Below, piece after piece: positions 10,978 to 21,180 of a stretch of 64,000 bases of DNA (position 1 is its first letter; each line of letters opens with the position of its first letter). A model generated the notes under the pieces. The model saw only the letters and a list, made by a program, of their open reading frames with translations, was not told the DNA's origin and made no database searches. The stretch spans positions 6,869-70,868 of the forward strand of contig CAJXQU010000012.1 of assembly GCA_913058255.1 (NCBI GenBank), read 5' to 3'. Position numbers and translations under genes: made by a program. The stretch is from an uncultured Pseudomonadota bacterium (GTDB taxonomy: Bacteria; Pseudomonadota; Gammaproteobacteria; CAJXQU01).

Positions 10978-12864
10978 ATGCTTAATTTCTCAAACGTAAC
11001 CCTACGACGCGGTAAACGCATCCTCTTTGAGGAAGTCAGTATGATGTTACATCCCGGTTGGAAAACGGGCATAACCGGCGCTAATGGTACCGGTAAATCC
11101 AGTTTGTTTGGCTTGGTTCTTAATAGTCTACAACATGATGCCGGTGAATTTAGTCTACCTTCCCAATGGATTATCGCCCATGTAGCACAAGAAACACCGG
11201 CATTAGAAACCTCCGCACTCGACTATGCTCTTGATGGTGATGTTGAGTTACGTCAATTAGAGAAACGTTTGCTGGCAGCTGAGTCCGTTGATGATGGAAC
11301 AAAACTGGCCGAATTACATGAACAATTTCACACCATTGATGGCTATACAGCAAAAAGTCGAGCCGCCCGACTGCTTCATGGTTTAGGATTTACCACAGAA
11401 CAACATGACCAACCAGTCAAATCATTCTCCGGTGGTTGGCGTATGCGGTTGAATCTAGCCCAAGCACTCATGTGCCGCTCTGATCTCTTACTACTTGATG
11501 AGCCCACTAACCATTTAGACTTAGAGGCTGTATTTTGGTTAGAAGACTGGTTACAGAGTTATCCCGGAAGTTTATTATTGATCTCTCATGATCGAGATTT
11601 TCTTGATCGAATTACTGATCATATTGCACATATAGAGCATCAACATATCAAGCTCTACACAGGTAACTATTCCAGCTTTGAAATGGCGCGTGCTGAACAA
11701 CTAGCCCAACAATCAATCGCATTTTCGCGTCAACAAAAAGAAATAGCACACATTCAAAGTTTTGTTGATCGGTTTCGTGCCCAAGCCACAAAAGCTCGAC
11801 AAGCACAAAGTCGAATTAAGGCCCTAGAACGTATGTCGAAAATTGCGCCAGCACATGTGGATTCGCAATTTCATTTTAATTTTAAGTCTCCAGAAAAGCT
11901 GCCTGATAACCTCTTGAAATTAGAAAATTCTAGCGTTGGCTATGACGATAAAATAATTATTTCTAACATTGACCTCACTCTATCTCCCGGTGATCGTATC
12001 GGATTACTTGGCCCTAATGGTGCGGGCAAATCAACACTGATCAAATTAATGGCCGGTGAACTGAAAAGTAAACACGGTAAAAGAAGCGAGGCTAAAGATT
12101 TAAAGTTAGGCTATTTTGCTCAACATCAATTAGAACAACTTGATGACGATGCAACACCCTTAGTTCATCTACAAAGACTTGATAAGTATGCGACCGAGAA
12201 AGAACTACGCATGCATCTTGGGCATTTTGGGTTCCAAGGTGAATCAGCTCTTGACCCTGTCGGCCCACTTTCTGGTGGCGAAAAGGCTCGCTTGGTTTTA
12301 TCCCTCATCGTCTACCAACGCCCTTCTCTTTTATTACTTGACGAACCGACCAATCATCTTGATATAGAAATGCGTCACGCATTGATCATGGCATTACAAG
12401 GTTATGAAGGCGCGATGGTGATCATTTCACATGACCGTCATTTGTTACGTACTGCAACTGACAAATTACTACTCGTTAATGCTGGAAAAATGACTGAGTT
12501 CGATGGTGACCTCGATAACTATAAAGTTGCATTAAAAACAGCATCTGATCAAGATGATTCGAATGATTCTTCACAACCTAAAATGGGTTCAAAAAAAGAT
12601 CAACGTCGTATAGATGCTGAACAAAGAAAGTTATTACAACCTATCAAAAATAAAATAAAAAAAATCGAACGTGAAATTGAAAAAATACAATTAGAGAAAG
12701 ATAAAAACCATACCGCACTTTCTGAAGCGGATATCTATGATGCCGTTAATAAAGAAAAATTAAATGCACTACTAGTCAAGCAGGGAGAACTTTCTCAATG
12801 CTTAGATGAAACTGAGCAACTATGGCTAGAATTACAAGAAGAATTAGAGAATCAAGAAGAATAA
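10978..12864 (+). CDS. yheS: ABC-F family ATPase YheS (two ABC domains plus C-terminal coiled coil)
   Basis: 628 aa, near-collinear with E. coli YheS (GWRMRLNLAQALMCRSDLLLLDEPTNHLD, a second Walker A GPNGAGKST, C-terminal charged coiled coil). Confidence 0.85.
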   Translation: MLNFSNVTLRRGKRILFEEVSMMLHPGWKTGITGANGTGKSSLFGLVLNSLQHDAGEFSLPSQWIIAHVAQETPALETSALDYALDGDVELRQLEKRLLAAESVDDGTKLAELHEQFHTIDGYTAKSRAARLLHGLGFTTEQHDQPVKSFSGGWRMRLNLAQALMCRSDLLLLDEPTNHLDLEAVFWLEDWLQSYPGSLLLISHDRDFLDRITDHIAHIEHQHIKLYTGNYSSFEMARAEQLAQQSIAFSRQQKEIAHIQSFVDRFRAQATKARQAQSRIKALERMSKIAPAHVDSQFHFNFKSPEKLPDNLLKLENSSVGYDDKIIISNIDLTLSPGDRIGLLGPNGAGKSTLIKLMAGELKSKHGKRSEAKDLKLGYFAQHQLEQLDDDATPLVHLQRLDKYATEKELRMHLGHFGFQGESALDPVGPLSGGEKARLVLSLIVYQRPSLLLLDEPTNHLDIEMRHALIMALQGYEGAMVIISHDRHLLRTATDKLLLVNAGKMTEFDGDLDNYKVALKTASDQDDSNDSSQPKMGSKKDQRRIDAEQRKLLQPIKNKIKKIEREIEKIQLEKDKNHTALSEADIYDAVNKEKLNALLVKQGELSQCLDETEQLWLELQEELENQEE

Positions 12865-12867
12865 AAT

Positions 12868-13713
12868 ATGAATAGTAAATTCTTAAATATAGACCTCCAC
12901 ATGCACTCCACAGCCTCTGATGGAATGTTGTCGCCCACCGAATTAGTCAACTTATGTTCTGAGAATAAAGTTCAAGTCATGGCATTAACTGATCACGATA
13001 CAACAGAGGGTCTGGATGAAGCGAAAGTCGCTGCTGAAGAAAAAGGTATTCAGTTAATTGCCGGCGTTGAATTTTCAGCATCTTGGGAGAATAAAGTATT
13101 ACATATCATTGGCTTAAATCTTGATACTGAAAACTCTAATTTAATCGATGCTTTAAATGCATTAAAACAACAACGTTTAAATCGTGCGGAAAGAATCGCT
13201 AAAAAACTAGAGGGAGCAGGAATTCCAAATGCTCTGGAAGGTGCAAAAAAATACGCTAATGGCGGATTGATAGCACGTCCTCATTTTGCACAATTCCTGA
13301 TTGCGGAAGGTCATGTAAAAACAGCTCAAGATGCTTTTAAAAAATACTTAGCTCATAATAAAAAAGCCTATGTATCAACAGAATGGCCAACGATGGAAGC
13401 TGTTTTAAATACTATAAAGGACGCTGAAGGTGTTGCTGTGCTAGCTCACCCGCTGCGTTATAAGTTCACAGCTTCTTGGAAACGTCGGTTATTCTCTAGT
13501 TTTAAAGAAGCTGGCGGTCAAGGTATGGAAGTTGTTTGTGGTTACTATACACCGACAGAAATTGAAATGAGTATAGGTTATGCTTTGAAATATGATTTGA
13601 TGGGTTCCGTCGGTTCTGACTATCATGGCTATTCAAAACATAGTAGCCACCCTGGAATATTTCCTCCTTTGCCAACATCTATTACTCCGATATGGTCACT
13701 TTTACCGGTTTAG
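12868..13713 (+). CDS. yciV: PHP-domain phosphoesterase of the YciV/TrpH (RNase AM) family
   Basis: DLHMHSTASDG, LTDHDT and LAHP motifs. Collinear with E. coli YciV/TrpH. Starts 3 nt after yheS. Confidence 0.8.
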   Translation: MNSKFLNIDLHMHSTASDGMLSPTELVNLCSENKVQVMALTDHDTTEGLDEAKVAAEEKGIQLIAGVEFSASWENKVLHIIGLNLDTENSNLIDALNALKQQRLNRAERIAKKLEGAGIPNALEGAKKYANGGLIARPHFAQFLIAEGHVKTAQDAFKKYLAHNKKAYVSTEWPTMEAVLNTIKDAEGVAVLAHPLRYKFTASWKRRLFSSFKEAGGQGMEVVCGYYTPTEIEMSIGYALKYDLMGSVGSDYHGYSKHSSHPGIFPPLPTSITPIWSLLPV

Positions 13714-13737
13714 TCTGTGCAAAGAAAACACTAAGCC

Positions 13738-14466
13738 ATGCTCTATATTGCCCTTTTTATCACTGGTGCACTTTCATGGTTTATTAGCACCGTTGCTGCG
13801 GGAGGCGCGGCAACTCTTCTAATTCCTATCATAGGTTTTTTACTCGGTGCGCAGTATGTTGCACCCATCATTTCTTTAGCTGCTATTTGTAGTAATCCTG
13901 CCCGAGCTTGGTTATTTCGAGAACATGTCGACTGGAAGGTTATTGCTTATTTGATGCCTGGTAGTTTAGTAGGAGCATTCTTTGGTGCTTGGTCTTTTAG
14001 TTTTCTTGATCCAAAATGGATTCAGGTAGTGCTCGCCTTCTTTTTGATCAGTTATGTTTTTCAATATAAATTTGGCAAGTCAGAACTATCATTCAAAGTA
14101 AAAAAAATCTGGTTCTTTCCTTTAGGTGGACTAATTTCATTTCTCTCCGGTTTAGTCGGTGCTACGGGGCCAATATTAAATCCTTTTATGCTTAATTATG
14201 GTTTAAAAAAAGAACAGCTTGTCGGGACTAAATCGATAAACTCTCTCGCCATGCAATTAACAAAACTAACAACCTATACTCTTTTTGGTGTGATCAGTTT
14301 AGAAGTCGTTCAGTATGGAATTTTACTTGGCCTTGGTGCTGTTGTAGGTGTGTTTATTGCCCGCAAACATTTATTCAATATTGCTCACGAGCGCTTTCAA
14401 TTTTACACCATGATTATGATGCTAGTCGCTGGGGTTTTAATGCTGGCTAAACTCTTTATTAATTAA
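13738..14466 (+). CDS. TauE/SafE (DUF81) family anion exporter membrane protein
   Basis: 242 aa, entirely hydrophobic with a duplicated 4-TM organisation and Gly-rich helices (TauE-like). Confidence 0.65.
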   Translation: MLYIALFITGALSWFISTVAAGGAATLLIPIIGFLLGAQYVAPIISLAAICSNPARAWLFREHVDWKVIAYLMPGSLVGAFFGAWSFSFLDPKWIQVVLAFFLISYVFQYKFGKSELSFKVKKIWFFPLGGLISFLSGLVGATGPILNPFMLNYGLKKEQLVGTKSINSLAMQLTKLTTYTLFGVISLEVVQYGILLGLGAVVGVFIARKHLFNIAHERFQFYTMIMMLVAGVLMLAKLFIN

Positions 14467-15970
14467 TTATTTTTTTGCGCCGAAACATAATAAAACCACT
14501 CAGAGCACTGCCGAATAACCAGACAGCTGCTGGAACAGGCACAGCAGACGTTTGCCAAGCTAAGGCATAATCAGTATCAAAATTTCCGTTAGAGCTCACA
14601 TCAATACGGTAGTCTCCAGCAAGGAGTTGAAGCCATATATTTTCACTGTTATTGATCAGGCTATTTGAGTTTGCAACTTCGTCAAAATTAATCCCATTAA
14701 AAATAGATAAAGAAAGGTTGATATCAAATAATTCACCGACAGAGCTAGTAAACGTTTCATCATCACTAACATCAAAAACAATATTCCAAACTAATGAGGC
14801 AGAAAACCAAACATCCTCATTATTTGTAAACGAGTAGGAGGCAATATCATCGCTGCCGTTTAGACCTCCAAAAGAATTATCGTAATCAAAACCCGTTGAT
14901 AGTACCGTTCCAGCATCTTGCTCACCGGCTTCTAAAATATGGTAACTATTTTGAACATTTAGTTGTCCTGCTCCATATCGTCTGTCGAGGCCATTTGTGG
15001 TCTGGTTTCCAACACTGCGATAATTCGTAATGTCTGCAGTAATCGCAGTATTTGAAGTGACTCGAGTCGCGCCAGCCATCAGTGATGCCTTGATCACTTC
15101 TGAGGTTTCAGCATGATAGATCATGTCATTATTTCTGTTCGTCAAAACGCCATTCGACTTACTCAGCCCCTGATCATGAGCATAACCAACCAGTAAGGCG
15201 GCCGCAGACGCAACTCTTGGTGTCGCTGCACTGGTCGTTGTCTCTGGAACAACGATATCAACACCACTTCTATTCGTTGCATTGTAAAGACCTGTACTCG
15301 GATTAACATCAACTGTTCCAATAGGGTGATTACCATCTGTTCGGCCAACGGCGATCGTGTTGTAAGCATTAGAAATTAACTCACGATTAGTCGTTCCGTT
15401 ATTGAAAGCTGTGATTAAGATATGATCATCTTTATCCGCAAGATAATCGACACGTTGTAAAATTCCGAGACTCAATATACCTGTATTTCCAACATAGCTA
15501 TGAGAAGAGATCCGTGTAAATGATGTTTGGGGCGCGATAGTACTCGCAATACTATCGGTGCTGGAATTCAAATAACCATTGAACAACCAATGTCCTGCTG
15601 CGTAGACAGTTCTATTTGAAATATTCGGAGCGGAAGATAGACTTCCATAAAAATTATTTGCAGAACCCGTAGCATGGCCAGAAAAATCAGTAGAAAATCC
15701 AAGTCCAGCAGACTCGTCTGTATAGCTTCCGACCGAACTATCGGGCAAGTAGAGACAGTTATCTAAATGAGTGTCGTTGCAACCCGTACCGATAAAAGCC
15801 TCAACAAGGCTTACGTTAACGCCGGTGCCTGTCGGCAAGTTTGCCCCCAGTTCTGACTGTAGAGCTGTGAAGGAAATATCATCTAAAACTACGGCCTGAC
15901 TCGCTAGTGGTAAAGCGATAGCTAAGCTAAAAGCCGAGAGATGTAAGTAACTAATTTGACGGATTATCAA
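14459..15970 (-). CDS. Secreted S8 subtilase-like protein with a VPLPA/PEP-CTERM-type C-terminal sorting signal
   Basis: N-terminal signal peptide (AIALPLASQA). Subtilase Ser motif TTSAATPRVASAAALL and His motif GHATG are present. C-terminus VPVPAAVWLFGSALSGFIMFRRKK matches the VPLPA-CTERM variant of PEP-CTERM. Overlaps the TauE gene convergently by 8 nt. Confidence 0.6.
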   Translation of the reverse strand: MIIRQISYLHLSAFSLAIALPLASQAVVLDDISFTALQSELGANLPTGTGVNVSLVEAFIGTGCNDTHLDNCLYLPDSSVGSYTDESAGLGFSTDFSGHATGSANNFYGSLSSAPNISNRTVYAAGHWLFNGYLNSSTDSIASTIAPQTSFTRISSHSYVGNTGILSLGILQRVDYLADKDDHILITAFNNGTTNRELISNAYNTIAVGRTDGNHPIGTVDVNPSTGLYNATNRSGVDIVVPETTTSAATPRVASAAALLVGYAHDQGLSKSNGVLTNRNNDMIYHAETSEVIKASLMAGATRVTSNTAITADITNYRSVGNQTTNGLDRRYGAGQLNVQNSYHILEAGEQDAGTVLSTGFDYDNSFGGLNGSDDIASYSFTNNEDVWFSASLVWNIVFDVSDDETFTSSVGELFDINLSLSIFNGINFDEVANSNSLINNSENIWLQLLAGDYRIDVSSNGNFDTDYALAWQTSAVPVPAAVWLFGSALSGFIMFRRKKIIN

Positions 15971-16183
15971 AGCAAAGATCTCAATTTAAAAATAAAGCTC
16001 CTTGCTAAAAAACAGAGCAATAATTCATCCCGTTAATTTTATAAACTGAGTCTATAAAAATAAATCAATGAAGCTATAGCTTGGTGTTTTGCTCCCTGCA
16101 ATTTCTATGTCGGAATATAACGTTGTTTGTTAAGTCTGACAAATTTATGATTCAATTATTTATAGGCTTAAAATATCAATGTT

Positions 16184-18298
16184 CTAAATAGAAGCTTGGA
16201 CACAACGAAGGATCCCGTAATCATATTCTTCATCGAGATCTTCAAAGACCGGTTTCAGGCGACCTTTTTCATCATCTGTAAATGATTCTATAGAAAAAAC
16301 GATCTCGTCATATTCACTTTCATCTAAATCGAGAACATTTTTTACTTCCAACAAACCTACTTCAATAGCATCCGCTAGATGCGTGTAGATTGTCGTTGGT
16401 TTAACCTCACGTTGTTGTGCGATATTTTCGATACTTATCCCTTCCTTATAGAGCATCAATGTTTCATTAACCGTTGCGCTCAAGTGATTATTTAACAACT
16501 CATCCAAAGGGTGTTTAGCAATTTCATTGATAAATTTTTGCCCATAACGAGCAAGCTTTTGTTCTCCGACACCCGAGATACGACGCATATCATTACTGCT
16601 TGTGGGCCTTTGTTTAACCATTTCCAATAAACTTGAGTCATGAAAAATAACGAATGGCGGTACACCTGCTTCTTCTGATAAGTCGAGCCGCAATGCTCGT
16701 AATGCCTCCCACAAGTCTTGATCTTGCGGTCGAACCGGCGATTTTTGCTTTTTCTCTTTCGTCTGTTTTTCTTCTTTTGTTATCTTTCGCAGATCAATTT
16801 GCTGCTCGCCACGCAAAATAGGCCGACACTTTTCTGTTAGCCGTAAAGCGCCATGCCGATCCATATCAATGTCGATGTAACCCAAAGCGATCAGTTGTCG
16901 GAAGATGCTACGCCACTCAGTATTTGTATGTTCTTTGCCGATAGCAAATGTACTGATCTTGTCATGGCCATTCTGTTGAATACGATCACCCGATTTTCCA
17001 AGCAAAATATCAACAACATAATTCACACCAAACCGTTGCTCAGTTCGATAAATACTCGACAATGCTTTTTGTGCAGCCTCTGAACCATCCCATTTTTCAG
17101 GGGGATTATTACAATTATCACAGCCCTCACATTGCTCATCAGAGCTTTCATCAAAGTAGGTTAGCAAAGCATGGCGGCGACATGTAATCAGCTCGCATAG
17201 ACCAAGCATCGATTCAAGCTTATGATGTTCAACGCGTTTTTGCATCTCACCAGCGCGGGAGTCCTGCATAAACTGCCTCAATGTGATCACGTCTTGTAGG
17301 CCATAGGCCATCCAAGCATGTGCAGTCTGTCCATCACGACCTGCACGCCCTGTTTCTTGATAATACGCTTCAATACTTTTCGGTAGGTTTAGGTGAGCAA
17401 CAAAACGAACGTCAGGCTTATCAATCCCCATCCCAAAAGCAATAGTCGCGACGATAATGACTCCTTCTTCACGTAAAAATCGCTGTTGATTTTTTTGTCG
17501 AACCTCTTGCTTAAGACCTGCATGATAAGGCAAAGCTAAACGCCCTTGATCAGACAGCCACTCAGCAATCGCTTCAACTTTTTTACGTGACAGACAATAA
17601 ACAATCCCAGCATCATCTGGATATTTATCTTCAAGAAAGCGCCATAAACGTTGCCTAGGGTTATTACCCTCAGAAATTGAATAATGAATATTAGGTCGAT
17701 CAAAACTATTGATATAGACACCAGCATTTTCTAACTGTAGCTGGGCAATAATCTCATCACGAGTACGTTGATCTGCGGTTGCTGTTAAAGCAATTCTCGG
17801 TATCGTGGGAAAGCGTTCGTGTAGAGTACTAAGCCGTTGATACTCCGGTCTAAAATCATGTCCCCATTGCGATACACAATGCGCTTCATCAATAGCAAAT
17901 AAGGATAACTGGGTACGATCCAATAACGATAGCATTTGCTCCGTCAACAATCTTTCAGGTGCCACATAAAGTAATTCTAGTTCACCATTGATCAGCTGTT
18001 GCTCTACACTTTTAGCCTCACTGAGACCTAATGTCGAATTTAAATAAGCCGCTTTAATTCCTAACTCCCTCAATGCATCTACTTGATCCTGCATCAACGC
18101 GATCAAGGGAGAAATAACAATTGCTGTTCCAGAACGTACGAGCGCAGGAATTTGAAAACAGAGTGACTTACCACCACCTGTCGGCATTAAGACTAAAGCA
18201 TCATTACCATCTAATAGTTCTTGGATGACGGCTTGTTGTGAGTGGCGAAACTGATCGTATCCAAACGTTGTTTTGAGAATTTCTTGGGCGCGTTGCAT
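16184..18298 (-). CDS. recQ: ATP-dependent DNA helicase RecQ with a roughly 90-aa C-terminal HTH-like extension
   Basis: Helicase motifs ([19 protein letters not shown]), zinc-binding cysteines (CDNC) and an HRDC region are present. At 704 aa it is about 95 residues longer than E. coli RecQ, with a C-terminal helix-turn-helix-like segment. Confidence 0.9.
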   Translation of the reverse strand: MQRAQEILKTTFGYDQFRHSQQAVIQELLDGNDALVLMPTGGGKSLCFQIPALVRSGTAIVISPLIALMQDQVDALRELGIKAAYLNSTLGLSEAKSVEQQLINGELELLYVAPERLLTEQMLSLLDRTQLSLFAIDEAHCVSQWGHDFRPEYQRLSTLHERFPTIPRIALTATADQRTRDEIIAQLQLENAGVYINSFDRPNIHYSISEGNNPRQRLWRFLEDKYPDDAGIVYCLSRKKVEAIAEWLSDQGRLALPYHAGLKQEVRQKNQQRFLREEGVIIVATIAFGMGIDKPDVRFVAHLNLPKSIEAYYQETGRAGRDGQTAHAWMAYGLQDVITLRQFMQDSRAGEMQKRVEHHKLESMLGLCELITCRRHALLTYFDESSDEQCEGCDNCNNPPEKWDGSEAAQKALSSIYRTEQRFGVNYVVDILLGKSGDRIQQNGHDKISTFAIGKEHTNTEWRSIFRQLIALGYIDIDMDRHGALRLTEKCRPILRGEQQIDLRKITKEEKQTKEKKQKSPVRPQDQDLWEALRALRLDLSEEAGVPPFVIFHDSSLLEMVKQRPTSSNDMRRISGVGEQKLARYGQKFINEIAKHPLDELLNNHLSATVNETLMLYKEGISIENIAQQREVKPTTIYTHLADAIEVGLLEVKNVLDLDESEYDEIVFSIESFTDDEKGRLKPVFEDLDEEYDYGILRCVQASI

Positions 18299-18434
18299 GC
18301 CGATTGCTTGTCCTGAAGGTTTGTACTAAAAACATTGAGTATGACGCAAATAACAGCTCTTCGCATCAGGCTTAATCATATTCCTTTATCGATCTTATTT
18401 TGACTATGATGAAAAGACTTCTTCTGTTTAAATA

Positions 18435-18839
18435 GTGCTTATGGAAAAATCTGAAGAGAAGAAAACACCCTATGAAATACTGGGTGGAGAAGACGAATTA
18501 CGTGCCCTCGTCGATCGATTTTATGGCCACATGGATTCACTCGAAGAGACCAAACCGATCAGAGATTTACACCCGAAGGATTTGCGTAGCTCTCGAGAGA
18601 AACTATTTATGTTTTTAAGCGGTTGGTTAGGTGGGCCAGATCGCTATATTACCGCCTTTGGTCATCCGCGATTACGCGCTCGTCACCTGCCATTTGCTAT
18701 CGGCACTAAAGAAAGAGATCAGTGGATGCACTGTATGAAATTAGCATTTGAAGAATTAGATCTTGAAGATGAGCTTAAGCAACACTTATTATCCACGCTT
18801 GATCAAACGGCTACGCACATGATCAATCAAACGGAATAA
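18435..18839 (+). CDS. Group 2 truncated haemoglobin (YjbI/GlbO-like)
   Basis: 134 aa. The LVDRFYGHM...FLSGWLGGPDRYITAFGHPRLRARHLPFAIG pattern is typical of trHbO. Confidence 0.75.
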   Translation: MLMEKSEEKKTPYEILGGEDELRALVDRFYGHMDSLEETKPIRDLHPKDLRSSREKLFMFLSGWLGGPDRYITAFGHPRLRARHLPFAIGTKERDQWMHCMKLAFEELDLEDELKQHLLSTLDQTATHMINQTE

Positions 18840-18851
18840 ATAATGGTTTAG

Positions 18852-19835
18852 TCAATGCTGTCGAGGCTTCGATGGCACTGTCTTGATCAGTTTCTGCGCT
18901 TGTCCAACCCAATTTTCACGCTTAATACTACCTTCAAAATCAAGCATTTTATCGATTCGTTCAATATCACTGTCATCCCACGTCGCTATATCTCTAAAGC
19001 GTGTAATACCGATTTCATTGAGTTTTTCTTCAAAGAGTTGCTCAAGACCACCAATCTGTTGCAAATCATCTGCTTGCATTTCAGCAATATTGATAAAGTT
19101 TGAATGTTTTTTATCGATAGTGATAGAACCCTTTAAATTCTCAATTTCCTGATCTTTCTGCTCAACCTCATCAAATAATTCTTGCACTCGACTTTGCAAC
19201 CGAGCAATTCTTGAAATCGCCAATTCTGGTTCTGTGGTGCCACTCAGAGCAGCCATTTGTAGGCCTTCACTAGAGACAGAGCCTGACTCAAGTTCAGCTA
19301 TACGTTTGTCTTTATTAACAAGTTCTAGTCTGGCGCGTTCAAACGCTGAACGTAAAATACCGCTTTGTTCAACAATATCATCCAGATCAGATTGAAAAAC
19401 GGAAAGTCGGTTTTTGATAGATCCAAAGTCACGCAACATTTTACGGCTTTCTTGAGACTGTTGCTCAAGCTTATTCTCTGCTTGATGGGCTTGATGGTTT
19501 GCTTTTTCGAGTGCTAGGTTAAGATCCATGACCTGTTGCTTTCTTTCATCAAACTTACTCTGCGAAAGCGATAAATTAGACTGTAGCTTTTCCAGCTCAA
19601 GTGTACTTGCAGATTCTCTACTACGTTCTTCCTCTAAGGCTTTCGAGCTACTATCAAGCTGCTCTTGTGTCATGTCCAACTTTTTTGTCACTCCATGAAG
19701 CTGGCTCAATAGGACAACTTCGGCATCCTCAACTTTGCGAAGATAGCTGGAGCGTGTAAATAAACAGCCCACAACAACACCAAGCGCTGCAACACCAAGC
19801 AGATATATCAGCATTTCGCCCATCAGATAACTCAT
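18852..19835 (-). CDS. Hypothetical membrane-anchored coiled-coil protein with a C-terminal helix-hairpin-helix-like domain
   Basis: 327 aa. Single N-terminal TM helix, long heptad-rich Q/E/L region, and C-terminal LQQIGGLEQLFEEKLNEIGITRFRDIA (HhH-like). No family recognised. Confidence 0.5.
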   Translation of the reverse strand: MSYLMGEMLIYLLGVAALGVVVGCLFTRSSYLRKVEDAEVVLLSQLHGVTKKLDMTQEQLDSSSKALEEERSRESASTLELEKLQSNLSLSQSKFDERKQQVMDLNLALEKANHQAHQAENKLEQQSQESRKMLRDFGSIKNRLSVFQSDLDDIVEQSGILRSAFERARLELVNKDKRIAELESGSVSSEGLQMAALSGTTEPELAISRIARLQSRVQELFDEVEQKDQEIENLKGSITIDKKHSNFINIAEMQADDLQQIGGLEQLFEEKLNEIGITRFRDIATWDDSDIERIDKMLDFEGSIKRENWVGQAQKLIKTVPSKPRQH

Positions 19836-19846
19836 AAACCCGTCCC

Positions 19847-20614
19847 CTAATTAGCTCCCATTTGGAGCCTATTTTCTATTTGAAATTGTGTTGGAATATT
19901 TATAATCGCCACTTCAATGGCTTTCCATGAATGTTTATTCAGCACCATCCCTTCAATAAAGATCCGGTTCCCTTCATATTTGAGCTTCCCCTCATCAACC
20001 CACTGTATAAATGGGATGAACAAAGGAAGGTCTTGTAAATACCAGTCAGGTGTATCGTCTAATTGATTGACAGACACATCGAACAAATGTTCAGGGACAT
20101 CAACTAATTGTCCAATTATTGTATGGACCTCATGCTTAATTTGATTATTAGGTACTTTGCCGTTGACTTCAACACTCTGTTTTACTTTTGTAATAGATAA
20201 CTCAGAAACCGCTTGTGGTACTTTTTTTAACGGCCAAGCTGTAACTTCAGGATGAATAACCTGAAGATAAGCTGTTCGATCAGTATTGGCTTGCGCAAAC
20301 AAGCCTTTATCTTGATGATCTTGCTTAGGCTCTATGCGCTCTTTACCTATCATTCTGCTAGCGACTACAAGTGCCTCAACTTGCTGGATCCCAGAAATAT
20401 TGCTAACTAAAGACTTAGCAGGAGGCAATAGCCTCTCAGGTCCAGACAATAAAACGTTTCTACCATCAAGCTGGACACGCACTTCAGATAAATCTTCATC
20501 CGCAAGTGCCAGTACGACTTTACCATGTAGCCTCTGCTCTATTTCAAGAGGTTCAGTATCAATTCCTGCAGCAATTACGAAAAGTAAAAGCAGGAGTGCA
20601 AACCATCGTGCCAA
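19847..20614 (-). CDS. Hypothetical exported protein (possible BON-like repeats)
   Basis: 255 aa with an N-terminal signal/anchor (WFALLLLLFVIAAG). Ends 11 nt upstream of the coiled-coil gene, so the two are probably co-transcribed. Confidence 0.5.
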   Translation of the reverse strand: MARWFALLLLLFVIAAGIDTEPLEIEQRLHGKVVLALADEDLSEVRVQLDGRNVLLSGPERLLPPAKSLVSNISGIQQVEALVVASRMIGKERIEPKQDHQDKGLFAQANTDRTAYLQVIHPEVTAWPLKKVPQAVSELSITKVKQSVEVNGKVPNNQIKHEVHTIIGQLVDVPEHLFDVSVNQLDDTPDWYLQDLPLFIPFIQWVDEGKLKYEGNRIFIEGMVLNKHSWKAIEVAIINIPTQFQIENRLQMGAN

Positions 20615-20725
20615 TTTATATACCTGCGCCTGTTGTTAGATCATATTAATAACGGAATTTTGTCACAGAGCGCATAGTTGTAATAGGGGTGTAATAGAAC
20701 TTAACATTTCATTCAGCTTGCAAGC

Positions 20726-20926
20726 TTAAATCCCTAGGGTAACTGATATGACCTTTTTTACTGCAAAACCAAATATTCCAAGCCCAAGCCCACCAAAAAG
20801 AATAAATGATCCAAATTTCCCAGCTTGAGATTCCTCAGCAAGCTTATAAATAATGTACAACATATACAGGCAAAGACCGGTGATACAAACGGTGAGTGAA
20901 ATCTCTTCAAACAATTCTATATCCAT
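20726..20926 (-). CDS. Small hypothetical membrane protein (66 aa, 2 predicted TM helices)
   Basis: ORF containing two hydrophobic helices. No homology recognised. Confidence 0.3.
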   Translation of the reverse strand: MDIELFEEISLTVCITGLCLYMLYIIYKLAEESQAGKFGSFILFGGLGLGIFGFAVKKVISVTLGI

Positions 20927-20948
20927 ACATAAATCTCAAATGTGTAGT

Positions 20949-20977
20949 TGACAGTTTTTAATGTCTGCCCTAAAGTC
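20949..20977 (+). promoter_or_regulatory. Candidate sigma-70 promoter for the btuB leader (TTGACA, 17 bp spacer, TAAAGT)
   Basis: A perfect -35 hexamer and a reasonable -10 with 17-bp spacing lie immediately upstream of the riboswitch. Confidence 0.4.
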
Positions 20978-20999
20978 TGTCCTGCTTCAAGGCACCTCT

Positions 21000-21180
21000 A
21001 ATATAATGAGGTTAATTGGGAAGTCGGTCAAATTCCGACGCTGCCCCCGCAACGGTAGGTGAGATAAAACTGTTCTTTAGCCACTGTGTTAATTTAACAT
21101 GGGAAGGCGATCAGCTTAGTTATTCAGTAACTGGATAACACTCACAAGCCCGGAGACCTACCTTGAAGCTGCTTAACCAA
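21000..21180 (+). promoter_or_regulatory. Cobalamin (AdoCbl/B12) riboswitch in the btuB 5' leader
   Basis: Conserved core GGGAAGTCGGTCAAATTCCGACGCTGCCCCCGCAACGGTA and B12 box AGCCCGGAGACCTACC, followed by a CCTCC-containing expression platform upstream of the btuB ribosome-binding site. Confidence 0.85.
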
